Shown here piece by piece: positions 27,020-37,616 of a DNA stretch of 64,000 nt. The stretch's first letter is position 1; every line of letters starts with the position of its first letter. This stretch comes from a bacterium (lineage in GTDB: Bacteria; Patescibacteriota; Minisyncoccia; JACQLN01). Position numbers and translations under genes: made by a program. Below the pieces are notes generated by a model that was not told the DNA's origin, did no database searches, and was given only the letters and a program-made list of their open reading frames with translations. The DNA is taken from assembly GCA_030697795.1 (NCBI GenBank), contig JAUYOV010000006.1, forward strand, positions 21,722 through 85,721. The letters run 5' to 3'.

Positions 27020-27137
27020 AATATCTTTGTGTAAAAGCAAGAACATCCTAATTTATTTAGGGTGTTTTTGAATTAGCCCTTAAAGAGTTGGTCAGCTCAA
27101 TTTGGTTGACCTACTGATACACTTTTGATACACTGAA

Positions 27138-27362
27138 TTGATGCCTACTGCAAAAACTAGAATCAATATAAGTTTGCCAGACGAAGTCAAAGAAGCACTT
27201 CAAAAGCTGGCTAAGCGTGACCGAGTGCCCGAAGCTACCAAAGCCGCTCGGTTGCTCGAGGTTGCTTTGGAAGTAGAGGAAGATTTATTTTGGAATGAAA
27301 TTGCCGAAAAACGGGATAAAAAACAGGCTAAATTTATTTCTCACGCTAACGCTTGGAAGTAA
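27138..27362 (+). CDS. ribbon-helix-helix antitoxin (CopG/RelB-like)
   Basis: 74 aa, RINISLPDEVKEALQKLAKRDRV. Overlaps the downstream toxin gene. Confidence 0.6.
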   Translation: MMPTAKTRINISLPDEVKEALQKLAKRDRVPEATKAARLLEVALEVEEDLFWNEIAEKRDKKQAKFISHANAWK

Positions 27363-27640
27363 TGTTTAAAATATTTTATCATTATTTGGTAACGCAAGAT
27401 GATATTCCAAAACTATCGACTGTATGGAAAAAGAATATTCGGCGCGCTATTGAAACAAAATTAATAACAAATCCGGAGGTTTATGGCAAACCACTCCGCC
27501 GATCGCTCAAAAATTACCGCAAACTCCGCGTGGGGGATTATAGGGTTATTTTTAGAATTGATGGCAGTAGTGTCAAAATATTTGTTATTCAACATAGATC
27601 CATCGTTTATTCTGTTATTGAAAAACGTATTGGAGTCTGA
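27353..27640 (+). CDS. RelE/ParE-family toxin
   Basis: ...GKPLRRSLKNYRKLRVGDYRVIFRIDGSSVKIFVIQHRSIVY. Confidence 0.75.
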   Translation: MEVMFKIFYHYLVTQDDIPKLSTVWKKNIRRAIETKLITNPEVYGKPLRRSLKNYRKLRVGDYRVIFRIDGSSVKIFVIQHRSIVYSVIEKRIGV

Positions 27641-27839
27641 TATTGTCTTTCGTATATAATATAAATCCCGCACCTTTTCAGAGTAAAACATTTATACGTT
27701 TAAAAGGTGCGGGATAAATAACATGTAGATGTGATCATCGCGCATTTTGGCAACGGTGGATAATTTTACGTGTGTTTGCTGTTGCAGAAAATATATTGTG
27801 TTATAATTAAAACAATTTACTAGTTCTAATTTTTTTAAC

Positions 27840-29006
27840 GTGAATAATATTTTACCAATTTTAACAGGTATCGCCATGATTGGCGGTTCGGTTTTGGCTT
27901 TGGAAGGCGTAAATAAAATCGCTGGCGGCGAATTTTATTTGGCCAGTGTCAGCCATTTAGCCCAAGAATCTGCGCAAACAGCCGCGGCTGTGGTTGAGTC
28001 GCAACCATCAACCGCAGAACAGTATATGCCACCATCAGCTCCAACCCCTCCGCCCGCGCCAGCTGAATCAACGGTTACTACATCTAGTTCAGGAGTTCAA
28101 ACATCATCTGTATCTTCACCAACTCAAAATCAAATGGAGGGTCAGAATAATAATGGTGATAATAATAGAGAAAACAAGGAGAATTTTCAAGAGTTTATTG
28201 ACCCAAAACAAATACAAGATGGTTTAAGGAATATGAATCAGTTTAGAAATGAACTGCGCCGTACCATCCGTGATGTTAGAAGGCAAGCCAGCGAAACAGA
28301 TATGGTAGAACTTACGAGCGTTTTGGCCGAAGTAGATAAATTATACGCCACCGCAGCTAATTCATCCGATTTAAATGATGCCAATGATGCTGTGCGAGAA
28401 TTTTATGATAATCAATTTTGGGATAAAATAAATAGCGTTAGAGCGCGCTTACAAATTCCTAAAGAAATAAAACAAATAAGCCAGTCTATTAAGCGTTTGG
28501 ATAAGATACTTCTGACTAAAAATATTCAAAATATCGGCTTAGATATAGCTAAAGCCCAAGGGACGCTAGCCGAAATGAAACAAGCCGCCGATAAAGTTCA
28601 AAGTTTATATAATAGTGGTGAGTATCAAGATGCCCAAGAAGAAATGAGGCTTTTCCACGAGGGTGGTCACCCCGGCGAGATTGAAGGTGTTATCTTTAGG
28701 ATTCGTGACATCAAAAATATGGCCAAGCGGGTTAAAGACGCTACCGTTAGGGCCGAAATAGATGGAGTTTTGCAGGAAGTTATAGACACTTTTAACGCCG
28801 GTGAATACCGCGACGCCCGCGAAACTTTGGATGAATATGCCGACGACCTCCAGCGCCTAATTAGCCAACTTGTCCAAAGCCAGTCGCGCCGAGGTTACAG
28901 CCGCACCAACTCGATTTCCCGAGTCAAAAATTTGGAAGAATTGGTTGTAAAAAAACTTCAAGAGAGCGGTCAAGCTACTGGCACAGTTAATCCTTTTGCG
29001 AGGTAA
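27840..29006 (+). CDS. secreted hypothetical protein (signal peptide, Ser/Thr/Pro-rich linker, alpha-helical C-terminal region)
   Basis: N-terminal hydrophobic leader. No known domain. Hairpin terminator at 29009-29045. Confidence 0.45.
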   Translation: MNNILPILTGIAMIGGSVLALEGVNKIAGGEFYLASVSHLAQESAQTAAAVVESQPSTAEQYMPPSAPTPPPAPAESTVTTSSSGVQTSSVSSPTQNQMEGQNNNGDNNRENKENFQEFIDPKQIQDGLRNMNQFRNELRRTIRDVRRQASETDMVELTSVLAEVDKLYATAANSSDLNDANDAVREFYDNQFWDKINSVRARLQIPKEIKQISQSIKRLDKILLTKNIQNIGLDIAKAQGTLAEMKQAADKVQSLYNSGEYQDAQEEMRLFHEGGHPGEIEGVIFRIRDIKNMAKRVKDATVRAEIDGVLQEVIDTFNAGEYRDARETLDEYADDLQRLISQLVQSQSRRGYSRTNSISRVKNLEELVVKKLQESGQATGTVNPFAR

Positions 29007-29094
29007 AAATTATAAGGTCTGACTTCCTAGGGGGTCAGGCCTTTTTGTAAAAATTAAAAAATATAATAATAAAAAATAAATAAATTAGGCCAAT

Positions 29095-32000
29095 ATGAAA
29101 AAATCAATAATCGTTTCATTATTAATAAGTTTGACGTTGGTGCTTTCGGCCCAAGCTCAAACATCTTCTTCTCCAACTTCGATAGAAGATCTGCAAAAAC
29201 AGATCCAGCTCTTGTTGAGTCAGATGAGTTCGCTCCAAAAAGAGATTACAACTTTAAAATCATCCACGTCAAACGTGGCAGTGCCCGTTGCGCCAACAAC
29301 TTCTTCCATAGCGCCACCGCCCAATATTTCTTTACCCTTTGTGCGACCCACTTCACCATTCACTTCGCCGGAGATAGACGAATCGGAAGTGACTGGAACT
29401 GAAACCGAATTTATCCCTCCGCCAATATTAACCCGTTCGCTTTTGCGCGGTTCGCGAGGCGAAGATGTAAGGCAACTGCAGGAATTTTTAGCGCAGGATC
29501 CTACCATTTATCCTGAAGGGTTTACATCGGGCTATTACGGTATCGGCACCGAGGCCGCGGTAAAAAGATGGCAAGCTAAAAACGGCGTGCCGGCCGTGGG
29601 CATAGTCGGGCGCCAAACTATTGCTAAATTTAAAACATTTGTGGCGACTTATTCTCCTCTTCGACCGACAGTGCCCGTTGGACCTCTCCCTTTCCCTAGT
29701 TATTGTCCGGTTTATGCCTATATGCCGACTTGCAAAGAAGATCAATCGCCTAAAGATGCTAATGGTTGCCAAGTCTGCCAGCAAAAATTAATCACTGATC
29801 CAATAAAACCGGTAATCTGCCCGGCCTTGGCTACGGTTGATTCCTGTCCAGCCGGCGAGGAACGGATTGTTACATATAAATCAACGCAATGTGGCGTTTA
29901 TTATGCCTGCAAACCGCGCGAAATCAGCCGAGCCGACAACACTATCGCCACTTTAAAAAAGATTTCATCTATACAAACCGACAACAGATTTACTGTTAAC
30001 TTATACGATCCTGAAGGCGTTCAAAAATTTGCGATCTATAATTCTAAAGGCGCTGAAATTCATTTGGGTTACCCAGCCTGCAAAAAAGAATGGTCTTCGC
30101 CCGTGATCAGCGCCGATAGTGCGGAATTTCCGCTTAAATTGTTGCTAGCTGATTGCGCCAGTTCGCAGTATAGTACTATCTTAAGCACCTCCGTGGTGAC
30201 TAAACCGATTGTGGAAGGGCTGACTTTCCCCTATACCTTTGCCAACGGCAAAGTGGTTAGTTCTTCCAATGAAGCCAGATCTTATTGCTACGCCAATGGT
30301 CCGAGTAGTGGCCAAAGTGTGGCCGCCGAATGCGAAACAAAATTTGGTGTAATTTACACCTCTGTAACTCCTGTTACTTCGGACCGGGCTGTTTATTTGT
30401 CTGACGCTTTTTCGAGTTGTATGTCTAGATCTGGTTTCTTGGCTGATGCCAAGCAAATTAAAACTTGGGCTCAATCTTCCGAGCCTATTCCTTGGTCAGT
30501 TTTAACCAGCGCATCCCAAAATACGGTACAGGCTTGTGAAAGAGAATACTATGGCCAAAGCACAGTGGAAACCGGCTCGGCTATGTGCACCGATGGTAAA
30601 GATAACGACGGCGACGGCTTTATTGATGCGGCCGATTCCAGTTGCGGTAGCACTTATATTGTTACACCGCCGACTGGTCAAAAAGAACAGATTTGGAATT
30701 CTCTAGGCTTAAAATCTTGGATCAAATCCGATGCCGATTCAGCTAGAATCACGCAGTTAAAATCGGTTTGTGCCAGCGTGCCGAATAGTTCTAATATCTG
30801 GACGTCTAACGCCGGTAATTATTCCAGCGCCGACTTTGGCATGCCCGACACCTCTAAATGCCAAAGGGCATCTAGTTGCACAGCCGGCCAATATTTTGAT
30901 GGCGCGGCTTGTGTTACTACTGCTAGCACTAGTACCGGCTTAGTGGAAAATAGTTATGGACTTTGCAGTGACAGTATAGACAATGATCGTGATGGTTTGA
31001 TTGATTCGGCTGACTCAAGTTGCGCTGGATTTACATCTTCCACATCTACTTACGCTTGTTCCGACGGCCGCGATAACGATAGTGATGGTTTGATTGATTA
31101 TCCCAGCGACACTGGTTGCTATGCCAAGGAAGATACTTCGGAAGATGTTCCCACTACAACCACTAGCTGTTCCCAGTACGGTTCCGGCTGGCACACTATG
31201 GGTTCCGACGGCAACTGCTTTGACACCTACATGACAAACTACCGCACTGCTAATGGCACATTATATTCTTGCACCGCCACGCCAACCACAGGCTGTTCCG
31301 GAACAACTACAACTACCACCGGTAGCACTTGCGATAGCAGTTTAACCGCGCTCTTGGGCACTGGCTGCCACTTTATGTACAATGATTCTTCTGGAAAACA
31401 AGTCTTCTGCGATAACTCAATGACCAAATCAGCTAAACAAGGTGACACCGCCACTACTGCCGGCTGTTCATCATACACAACAACTACAACGAGTAACTGG
31501 CCAACCGATCAAACCAGCTGTTCCAGCCAAGGCTATAATTGGTGCACAACCACAGGTAGCAGTAGTGGCTGGTGCCAATCAAGTGTTTGCCCTTCTTCCA
31601 GTTCCACTAGCTCCGCTACCTGTACTTCTGGGCAATATTGGAATGGCACAGCTTGTGTGACGAATACTACAACCACCACTTCTACCGGTTCTTGTTCCCA
31701 ATATGGAGATGGCTGGCACACTATGGGTTCCGACGGCAACTGCTTTGACACTTACATGACAAACTACCGCACTGCTAATGGCACATTATATTCTTGCACC
31801 GCCACGCCGACCTCCGGATGCAGTAGCACAAGTACTTCCAGCACGGCCAGTTCTTGTCCTAATAGTCGGCTAACCGAACTTCTGGGTTCTGGTTGCCACT
31901 TTATGTACAGCACCCCAACCGGCAACATTTACTGTGATGGTCCTATGACTAAATCTGCTAGAGAGGGAGATGCCACAACCACATCCAGTTGCCAAGCGCC

Positions 32001-32301
32001 CACAACAACCACTACTACTTCTTCTACTTCATCAACCACTTCCTGCGCTGGTACACCAGTGTCCTGTACTAATGAAACCCAATGTTGGGGCGCCAGCTAT
32101 TATTGGTATGACGGCAGTTGCCATAGTTCGCCCCAATCCACCAGTACGACAATTTCCACTTCATCCACATCTTGCCCCAGCGGACAATACTGGAGTGGTT
32201 CGGCTTGTGTGAATTCAACACCGTCAGCTTCGGCTTACAATCAAATGAGAGATCAGTTAAAATCTATGGAAATTATTTTACGGGGCTTATTGGGAAGATA
32301 A
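29095..32301 (+). CDS. large secreted Cys-rich surface protein with peptidoglycan-binding (PG_binding_1-like) domain and internal repeats
   Basis: Signal peptide, coiled coil, SRGEDVRQLQEFLAQD...GYYG..TEAAVKRWQ, two about 90-aa repeats (SCSQYG.GWHTMGSDGNCFDTYMTNYRTANGTLYSCTATPT), C-terminal tail QMRDQLKSMEIILRGLLGR. Confidence 0.6.
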   Translation: MKKSIIVSLLISLTLVLSAQAQTSSSPTSIEDLQKQIQLLLSQMSSLQKEITTLKSSTSNVAVPVAPTTSSIAPPPNISLPFVRPTSPFTSPEIDESEVTGTETEFIPPPILTRSLLRGSRGEDVRQLQEFLAQDPTIYPEGFTSGYYGIGTEAAVKRWQAKNGVPAVGIVGRQTIAKFKTFVATYSPLRPTVPVGPLPFPSYCPVYAYMPTCKEDQSPKDANGCQVCQQKLITDPIKPVICPALATVDSCPAGEERIVTYKSTQCGVYYACKPREISRADNTIATLKKISSIQTDNRFTVNLYDPEGVQKFAIYNSKGAEIHLGYPACKKEWSSPVISADSAEFPLKLLLADCASSQYSTILSTSVVTKPIVEGLTFPYTFANGKVVSSSNEARSYCYANGPSSGQSVAAECETKFGVIYTSVTPVTSDRAVYLSDAFSSCMSRSGFLADAKQIKTWAQSSEPIPWSVLTSASQNTVQACEREYYGQSTVETGSAMCTDGKDNDGDGFIDAADSSCGSTYIVTPPTGQKEQIWNSLGLKSWIKSDADSARITQLKSVCASVPNSSNIWTSNAGNYSSADFGMPDTSKCQRASSCTAGQYFDGAACVTTASTSTGLVENSYGLCSDSIDNDRDGLIDSADSSCAGFTSSTSTYACSDGRDNDSDGLIDYPSDTGCYAKEDTSEDVPTTTTSCSQYGSGWHTMGSDGNCFDTYMTNYRTANGTLYSCTATPTTGCSGTTTTTTGSTCDSSLTALLGTGCHFMYNDSSGKQVFCDNSMTKSAKQGDTATTAGCSSYTTTTTSNWPTDQTSCSSQGYNWCTTTGSSSGWCQSSVCPSSSSTSSATCTSGQYWNGTACVTNTTTTTSTGSCSQYGDGWHTMGSDGNCFDTYMTNYRTANGTLYSCTATPTSGCSSTSTSSTASSCPNSRLTELLGSGCHFMYSTPTGNIYCDGPMTKSAREGDATTTSSCQAPTTTTTTSSTSSTTSCAGTPVSCTNETQCWGASYYWYDGSCHSSPQSTSTTISTSSTSCPSGQYWSGSACVNSTPSASAYNQMRDQLKSMEIILRGLLGR

Positions 32302-32318
32302 TCTAGATATTAAAGTAG

Positions 32319-34523
32319 ATGTCGTTCAAAAAAGTTTTTCTTAAAGTGTCTAAAGTATCTATTGTCCTTACCTTAGTGACGCTAGGCGGTTTTGCTTGTG
32401 CCGATATCGCTCTTGCGCAGAAAGTTGATCAAACTGCGCTCATAATCCAACTCCAAAAACAGATCCAACAACTCTTGAATCAAATCCAAACTCTCCAAAA
32501 AGAAGTTACAGAATTAAAAACTGAAACTGGAGTCGAGACAATTCCACTAGTGACTGCACCAGTAGGCGAGTCAGACGAAACAATTGAGTTACCCGAACTG
32601 ACTCGATCATTATCACTAGGCTCTCGAGGCGATGACGTTAAAAAACTTCAAGAATTTTTGGCGCGCGACAAAGAAATCTATCCCGAAGGCTTAGCCACAG
32701 GATTCTACGGGCCTAAAACTGTAGAGGCAATTAAACGCTGGCAAAGAAAAAACAATGTTGAGGTAGTAGGAAACGTAGGGCCAAAAACCATTGCTAAGTT
32801 TAGAGAACTAGGGCAGGGAGTAGTCCAAGGTTTGATTCAACAAGGCACGCCCTTGGGTATGATTCCGCCTGGTTTATTAACTGCACCTGGGATACAAAGA
32901 CAAATGGCCACCTCGACAAGCTCGGGACAAGCCACCTCCACTATTCCGATTATGCCTTATGCAACTATGACTCCGCCGACTTTGCCACAGGCAACTACCA
33001 CACCTGCTGTACCAGCGGTACCGGCTGTGCCGGCTATACCCGGTATTACCAGTGCAGTTCCGGCAACCCCAGCCACTCCGGCTCAGCCCGCTTCTACATC
33101 AACCAGTGCCAGTAACGAACTAAAAGTTATTTATCCTAATGGTGGTGAGACTTGGTATAAAGGCAACTCCTACACAATCACTTGGCAGAATCCGTTGGCC
33201 GCCAGGTTCACCGGCCAAGAAAAATATTACTGGAATATACTCTTAAAACGAGGTAACAATTCTTGGCAAGCCAATGATACCCCTGTGCCAGTAACCCAAT
33301 CTTCGTATGTTTGGTCTAAGTGGACTGGCTGGGCTGAACCAATTCCTAATGCCAGCGACTTTAAGGTGGGTGTTTCTTTGGTTGATACCTGTGCCGCACA
33401 AGTTGGCGGCATCTGCCCTTCGGCTAATATTTCTATAATTCCTGCCGGCGGCATTGATTACAGCGATAACTATTTTACAGCTACGTCAACACCGCCAACA
33501 ACCACGATTACTGATAGGACAGCGCCAACTATTTCTTCGGTCGTGGCAACCAGCATCACTTCCACCTCGGCAATTATTACCTGGATTACCGATGAACCGT
33601 CCGATTCGCAGATAGAATATGGTTTGAATAACCTTTTTGGAAATTTATCGGCGCTTGATACATCACTAACAACCAATCATTCCGTAACTTTAACTGGTCT
33701 AAACTCAAATACTACTTACTACTATCGGGTTAAATCTAAAGATATAGACGGATATTTTGCCTCAATGACTAATTATACTTTTATTACCCTTGCGGCCAGC
33801 GGTAGCTCATCCACTGCAACATGCTCGAATTTAACACTTGGATTCTCAAATAATAAAACCACATACGTGCTCGGTGAGAATGGTTATGTGACATACAGTT
33901 GCCCTTCAACTGTTTATGTGTGCATGAGAATAATCAACCCCGCTGGAGTTATAACAAACATCGGCTGTCACACTGCAACGTCCGGTATCGACGGTTTTGG
34001 TGGTCTTTCCTCGGTGGGAAACTACACCGCTCGCGCATGCTATGGTGCTACAGGTACTACAGATTGTCCAACAATCGCTGCATCTCTATCATTTACGGTC
34101 ATTGCGTCTGCCTCCAACGCCGACACCACACCGCCGGTGATTTCTTCAGTAAGCACAATGGATCCGGCCGCTAACAGTGCCACTATTGTTTGGTTTACCA
34201 ATGAAGCATCGGATTCGCAGGTGGAATACGGTTTGACAACTTCTTATGGAAATTCAACAACAGTCACTACCACTCTGAAAACTGAACACTCTATAGGTTT
34301 AACAGGTTTAACTCCAGCCAGTACCTACCATTACCGAGTTAAATCCAAAGACGGAGCTGGAAATCTTACAACAAGCAACGACTATACTTTTATTACCCTC
34401 ACAACTGCGGCCGCACCAACGCCATCAACCGCATCCACCACGCCTTCGGCCTCGGTCTACAGTCAAATGAGCGATCAGCTAAAATCTATGGAAATTATTT
34501 TGCGAGGTTTGTTGGGTAGATAG
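32319..34523 (+). CDS. large secreted surface protein with PG-binding domain and two fibronectin-III-like modules; paralogous end modules to the upstream gene
   Basis: Same leader/coiled-coil/PG-binding module, two FN3-like units (...SDSQIEYGL...YYYRVKSKD), identical C-terminal tail ..QMSDQLKSMEIILRGLLGR. Confidence 0.6.
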   Translation: MSFKKVFLKVSKVSIVLTLVTLGGFACADIALAQKVDQTALIIQLQKQIQQLLNQIQTLQKEVTELKTETGVETIPLVTAPVGESDETIELPELTRSLSLGSRGDDVKKLQEFLARDKEIYPEGLATGFYGPKTVEAIKRWQRKNNVEVVGNVGPKTIAKFRELGQGVVQGLIQQGTPLGMIPPGLLTAPGIQRQMATSTSSGQATSTIPIMPYATMTPPTLPQATTTPAVPAVPAVPAIPGITSAVPATPATPAQPASTSTSASNELKVIYPNGGETWYKGNSYTITWQNPLAARFTGQEKYYWNILLKRGNNSWQANDTPVPVTQSSYVWSKWTGWAEPIPNASDFKVGVSLVDTCAAQVGGICPSANISIIPAGGIDYSDNYFTATSTPPTTTITDRTAPTISSVVATSITSTSAIITWITDEPSDSQIEYGLNNLFGNLSALDTSLTTNHSVTLTGLNSNTTYYYRVKSKDIDGYFASMTNYTFITLAASGSSSTATCSNLTLGFSNNKTTYVLGENGYVTYSCPSTVYVCMRIINPAGVITNIGCHTATSGIDGFGGLSSVGNYTARACYGATGTTDCPTIAASLSFTVIASASNADTTPPVISSVSTMDPAANSATIVWFTNEASDSQVEYGLTTSYGNSTTVTTTLKTEHSIGLTGLTPASTYHYRVKSKDGAGNLTTSNDYTFITLTTAAAPTPSTASTTPSASVYSQMSDQLKSMEIILRGLLGR

Positions 34524-34606
34524 TCAATGGAGATTAGAACTCAGGCGCACGACCTTTGGGTACGGTGCCTTTTTCTTTTGGGTTAAATTATTGCTACGAT
34601 TAAAGC

Positions 34607-35320
34607 ATGGCTAAGATTGTGGTGGTGATTCCAACTTACAATGAGAAAGATAGTATAGCTAGGCTAGTGAAGCAGATTTTTGGCTTGGGCCTGCCAGATT
34701 TAAAAATGCTAGTGGTGGATGATAATTCACCCGATGGCACGGGCGAGTTGGTCGAAGAACTCAAGCTTAAATATCCCATAAGCATTATTCACCGATCCAA
34801 AAAAAGGGGCTTGGGCACGGCTTATGCTGTAGCTTTTAAATTTATTTTGGGTCAAAAAGAAAAGCCCGATTATATTGTTCAAATGGATGCCGATTTATCG
34901 CATAACCCTAAAAATATTTTAGATTTTCTAAACAAGATAGGGGAGTACAATGTGATTTTAGGTTCCAGATACATCAAGGGTGGTGGAATCGAAAATTGGG
35001 ACTTACTACGCCAATTAGTTAGTCGGTTTGGCAATATATATGCCAGGTTGGTTTTGGGGTTACCTTATAAAGATTTAACAGGTGGTTTTAAGTGTTGGCA
35101 GAGGGAAGTGTTAGAAAAAATTAATTTAGATTCTTTAAGTTCTACTGGCTATAATTTTCAAATAGAAACAACATATAAAGCCCATAAGTTGGGTTACAAA
35201 ATCTGCGAAGTGCCTATAGTTTTTATCGAAAGGAAAACAGGTACATCTAAGTTTAATTTAAACATAATCTGGGAAAGTTTTATAAAAGTTTTATGGCTAA
35301 GATTAAAAACTTTTTTATAG
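34607..35320 (+). CDS. GT2 glycosyltransferase, polyprenol-phosphate mannose synthase-like
   Basis: IVVIPTYNEKDSI...LVVDDNSPDGT...QMDADLSHNP. Confidence 0.8.
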   Translation: MAKIVVVIPTYNEKDSIARLVKQIFGLGLPDLKMLVVDDNSPDGTGELVEELKLKYPISIIHRSKKRGLGTAYAVAFKFILGQKEKPDYIVQMDADLSHNPKNILDFLNKIGEYNVILGSRYIKGGGIENWDLLRQLVSRFGNIYARLVLGLPYKDLTGGFKCWQREVLEKINLDSLSSTGYNFQIETTYKAHKLGYKICEVPIVFIERKTGTSKFNLNIIWESFIKVLWLRLKTFL

Positions 35321-35742
35321 AAAAAATAAAACCCCATAGTGATCAGGTTTTTTTAATTACAGTTATAGTTTTAGTTGGTGTGATCAGTTTCGGCTTAGGC
35401 CGTTTGAGCGCTAAATATAAAACAGCCGAGCTAAATATAAAAAGCACTATTGTTAATACTGCCGATTTAAATAAAATTGTTACAGATGATTCTGTCAAAA
35501 ACAAAACAACTGTTAAAAAAGAGAGTGCCCCATCTGCGGTAGAGGAGAGTGAGCCCAATGTTGCGGCTATAATATTACCGGCTCAAAAGATTGTAGGGAA
35601 CAGGGATAGCAAAATTTATCACTACGAAAATTGCGCGGGAGCGTTAAGGATGAAAGCAGAAAATAAAATTTACTTCGCATCTATAGTAGAGGCTAAATCG
35701 TCTGGGTTTAGACCTGCTGGGAACTGTCAAGGGCTAGAGTAG
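35293..35742 (+). CDS. membrane-anchored protein with C-terminal Ada-like Zn-binding domain
   Basis: N-terminal TM. C-terminal ..KIYHYENCAGALRMKAENKIYFASIVEAKSSGFRPAGNC resembles the Ada metal-binding fold. Confidence 0.4.
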   Translation: MAKIKNFFIEKIKPHSDQVFLITVIVLVGVISFGLGRLSAKYKTAELNIKSTIVNTADLNKIVTDDSVKNKTTVKKESAPSAVEESEPNVAAIILPAQKIVGNRDSKIYHYENCAGALRMKAENKIYFASIVEAKSSGFRPAGNCQGLE

Positions 35743-35776
35743 GGTGTGGATAAGTAAGTGTCGCACAATGTAGCTT

Positions 35777-35832
35777 ATACGACATAGTCCATTAAGAAGA
35801 CAAGGCAAGAATGGGACTATGTCGTATAAGCT
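35777..35832. terminator. long hairpin (about 20-bp stem) between convergent genes
   Basis: agcttatacgacatagtcc ... ggactatgtcgtataagct. A second AT-rich hairpin follows at 35836-35890. Confidence 0.55.
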
Positions 35833-35919
35833 GGAAAATATTTTGCAACATTACTTTTTAAGTAACATCGCAAAATATTTTCTTATTAAATTAAGCTGTC
35901 CGTAACTCACCTGCTACAG

Positions 35920-37227
35920 TTATAGATAATCCAACGGGTTTAAAGTTTTCCCATAGTTATAACTTATACGTAACTCCCCCGTCTTGGGATCTTTATAAGT
36001 GAAAAACTCCGTGAACACAGAAAAGTGTAAATGGGGTCCAGTAACATTACCGCTAGCGCCTTCATAACCTAAAATATCCCCAACAGAAACTTCATCACCC
36101 ACAGATTGGCTAGAGATTTTAGACATATGAGAATATAAAGTTACCAAGCCTCCGGGGTGTTGAATTGCAATCCAATTGCCCCAATAGCCATTGCAAGAAG
36201 GCTTAATATAGTTTTGGCAGGATTCTAATCCTTTAGCAACAATTTTGCCTCCGGCTGCAGCTTTTATGGGGCTGGCTAAGCCAGCAGTTATATCTATGCC
36301 GTTATGTCCTTGACCGCCATAAGCACCCCGCCTAGCATATCTGGTTAAGCCATAACTTTGAGTAATTTTGGCGTTATCTTCGGGCCAAGCAAATATTTTT
36401 GTGCCGGCTCTAGGTATTGTTTCGGCTTGAAAATAACTGACAAAGTTTTTTTCAACTAAAATTTGTTCTTCTATTTTTGCTAAACGCGATAACAAATCAG
36501 CTTGCTGTTGTTCTACTTGGTTTAACAATTGTTGATATATCTGCTCTTGGCCTTTGGTTACCTTAAGCACTGTATCCTTTCTAGTTTTTTGTTCTTGTTG
36601 GGCAGATTTCTGAACAGATAATTGGGTATTTTTATTTTCCAGTTCTTTTTTATTTTCTTTTAAATTTACTTCTTTATTTTCTAGATTATTTTTTAACCGT
36701 CTGGTATCTTTAAGAACATCGTTCATTTTCTTTTGCAAAGAATCTAAATGTTCTGTTTGTTTTACAGCCTCGGTTAGGGTTTTATATTTTAAGGCTCTTT
36801 CTAACAAGCTCTCTTCATCAAACTTGCGAAGCTCTCTTAAGATGCTAGCTAAGACTTCTTGTTTTTCACCGATGCTAAGTTGGGTTTTTTCTATATCTGT
36901 TTGAGTTTCTTTAATATCAAGGCGAGTAATATGAATTTGGTTTTCGGTCTTTTTAATATCCAAATTAAGTTTGCTAATTTGGGTGGTTATAGTGGCTATT
37001 TCGTTTTTTAAAGAAACTACCTCTCCCCTTTTAGAATCCAAGTTTTTTTGGTATTCGGTAATTTTGGCCTCTAGTTCGTCAATATTATTTTGTAAATTAT
37101 CTCTCTCACTTTTCAAGTTATCTAATTGGTCAGCTTCGGCTAAATTAGGCACGGAAATTAATACCAAACAAAAAAAAGCCAAGAAATACTTCAAAATATA
37201 TGTTTTTCTAAACCTCATATTAGCCAT
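35920..37227 (-). CDS. M23 family metallopeptidase with N-terminal coiled coil (EnvC/LytM-like)
   Basis: Signal peptide, long coiled coil, C-terminal M23 motifs (HNGIDI..., GGKIVAKG, HLHFSV). Start uncertain (MANMRFRK). Confidence 0.8.
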   Translation of the reverse strand: MANMRFRKTYILKYFLAFFCLVLISVPNLAEADQLDNLKSERDNLQNNIDELEAKITEYQKNLDSKRGEVVSLKNEIATITTQISKLNLDIKKTENQIHITRLDIKETQTDIEKTQLSIGEKQEVLASILRELRKFDEESLLERALKYKTLTEAVKQTEHLDSLQKKMNDVLKDTRRLKNNLENKEVNLKENKKELENKNTQLSVQKSAQQEQKTRKDTVLKVTKGQEQIYQQLLNQVEQQQADLLSRLAKIEEQILVEKNFVSYFQAETIPRAGTKIFAWPEDNAKITQSYGLTRYARRGAYGGQGHNGIDITAGLASPIKAAAGGKIVAKGLESCQNYIKPSCNGYWGNWIAIQHPGGLVTLYSHMSKISSQSVGDEVSVGDILGYEGASGNVTGPHLHFSVFTEFFTYKDPKTGELRISYNYGKTLNPLDYL

Positions 37228-37616
37228 TTTAACATAAATGATTCCCTCCCGCAGTTTCTGCGGGACTTCTTGGAAATAAAAAAAGTGCGTGTTTTTGTTG
37301 ACCACGCACTTGCTGTTTTTATAGGGTTAAGTATTCTTACCATCCTTTTTCTTCTAAGTTTTGAAGAATTTTGTTTTCAGATACACAGTATAGCAACATC
37401 GAACATATGCTGTATATGAAAAGTCCGTTCATTATTATTTTTTCGCTGATTTCTACAGCAAGGCAAAACATTGATGCAACTATTCCCATAGCCAGTATTA
37501 GGTATGAAATGCAAAGCCTAACTATGAATTTTCTTCCAAATTCAATGGTTATCATATTTACCCCTTTCTATTAAGGAACTTAATTGTGCACGTCTGACAT
37601 ATAATTGCAAATTTTA

